64,000 nt of DNA from Shigella phage JK23. Location of the stretch: the sequence record MK962752, one strand, 5' to 3'. Under the pieces are notes generated by a model that ran no database searches, was not told the DNA's origin, and worked only from the letters and a program-made list of their open reading frames with translations. The translations under genes were made by a program, and so were the position numbers. This document shows, one piece after another, positions 63,051 through 64,000 of the stretch (position 1 is its first letter; each line of letters opens with the position of its first letter).

Positions 63051-63989
63051 TTATTTAAATTGCTCAGTAACGTCTTCAACTACTTCGTATTGGCAGGTAC
63101 GCATTTTAGCATCGTTGTAATCAATCGGAATTGATACTACATCGCGAGGATGAACTTTAACTTTTACAACTCGGCTGGTTGAACTGCCAAAGTGACGAAT
63201 ATAAGATTTAGAACACACATGCAGACCACGAGAACAAGTTTGTGTATCATCGTCATTCACACGAGTACGTGGCATTTTAACTACTTTACCCGGACTGTTA
63301 TCAAAGGTGTTTGAGTGACAGTCAAAGTAATTGCTGCGAACTACTTTCCAAGCATAGAAGTAGCCATCTTCTGTAATTTCAATATCGTTTGCTACCAAGA
63401 AATCAAAGAGTCGAGATACTGCTTTTTGGCTTGGGTTTTCCAGCAGATTTTCCAAGAACGGAAAATAAAATTCAAAGTTTTCGCCTTTTTCCATCGAGTC
63501 AAGAATACGATCAACCAAACCAGACCGCAATTCAATATTTTGATAGAACAAGCTTCCACCTTCAATTCGAACATCGCCGGAAATATATTTTTCAACAGCG
63601 CGACGAACATTAATTTTTTGTGCCGCTTCTTCCAACTTATCCGCTACAAGCAGATTAAGAATTTCCTGGAAGTTTGAATGAGTATTAGGAGTTGCGTTAT
63701 AAGTTACACCGTCAACAGTAATTGAAATGAATTTTTTAGATGCATTCCAAATAATGTCAGATTTAGCAACTGGAGCAATAACTGCATCGCTATTAACTTT
63801 AACTGTAATATCACCGCTAATAGTAACTTTAGGGCGTTTAGCTTCTTCAGCATTTTTCAAAACACGACGGATTGTGTCAACCGATACACCTTGCCAATCA
63901 GCCAATTCCTGTTGGGTGTAATTACCACTTGAATACAGCTTAACAATTTCAGCTTGTTCGTTTTTGGTCAGGCATTTAATATTGTACAT
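63051..63989 (-). CDS. rIIB: rIIB protein
   Basis: 312 aa; N-terminus MYNIKCLTKNEQAEIVKLYSSG as in T4 rIIB; a TAA at 63998-64000 may be the rIIA stop. Confidence 0.92.
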   Translation of the reverse strand: MYNIKCLTKNEQAEIVKLYSSGNYTQQELADWQGVSVDTIRRVLKNAEEAKRPKVTISGDITVKVNSDAVIAPVAKSDIIWNASKKFISITVDGVTYNATPNTHSNFQEILNLLVADKLEEAAQKINVRRAVEKYISGDVRIEGGSLFYQNIELRSGLVDRILDSMEKGENFEFYFPFLENLLENPSQKAVSRLFDFLVANDIEITEDGYFYAWKVVRSNYFDCHSNTFDNSPGKVVKMPRTRVNDDDTQTCSRGLHVCSKSYIRHFGSSTSRVVKVKVHPRDVVSIPIDYNDAKMRTCQYEVVEDVTEQFK

Positions 63990-64000
63990 AATTTTCCTTA

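Overview
This window is a contiguous stretch of a T-even (T4-like, Tequatrovirus-type) coliphage genome, identified by reading the translated ORFs against remembered T4 proteins and gene order; no database search was run. It runs from the 3' end of major capsid gene 23 through 24, rnlB, hoc, inh, uvsW, uvsY, the baseplate hub/tube cluster (25, 26, 51, 27, 28, 29, 48, 54), two alt-type ADP-ribosyltransferases, DNA ligase 30, rIII, 31, the cd/pseT/spanin/alc/rnlA/denA/nrdB/nrdA/td/frd block, 32/59/33/dsbA/rnh, the long-tail-fiber genes 34-35-36-37-38, holin t, asiA/arn/motA, topoisomerase subunit 52, stp/ndd/denB and rIIB. It is not T4 itself: td and nrdB are intronless, no seg homing-endonuclease ORFs sit at inh/uvsW or 32/59, and the fiber tip is T2-type (gp38 adhesin with glycine-rich motifs). 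Several track ORFs use TTG/GTG starts; where an ATG with a Shine-Dalgarno lies just inside, the start was moved. No tRNA, rRNA or CRISPR array was found. Most of the window is canonical T-even content, and no clearly novel multi-gene system stands out. The main anomalies are: (1) an exact 226-bp tandem duplication that frameshifts gene 37; (2) an extra 115-codon ORF inserted at the frd/td junction; (3) a 356-bp ORF-poor, G+C-richer structured region between rIII and the 30.x genes; (4) a Hoc with an extra Ig-like domain from a 288-bp in-frame duplication; (5) two full-length alt paralogs in tandem; (6) a cluster of tiny hydrophobic peptide genes around stp.
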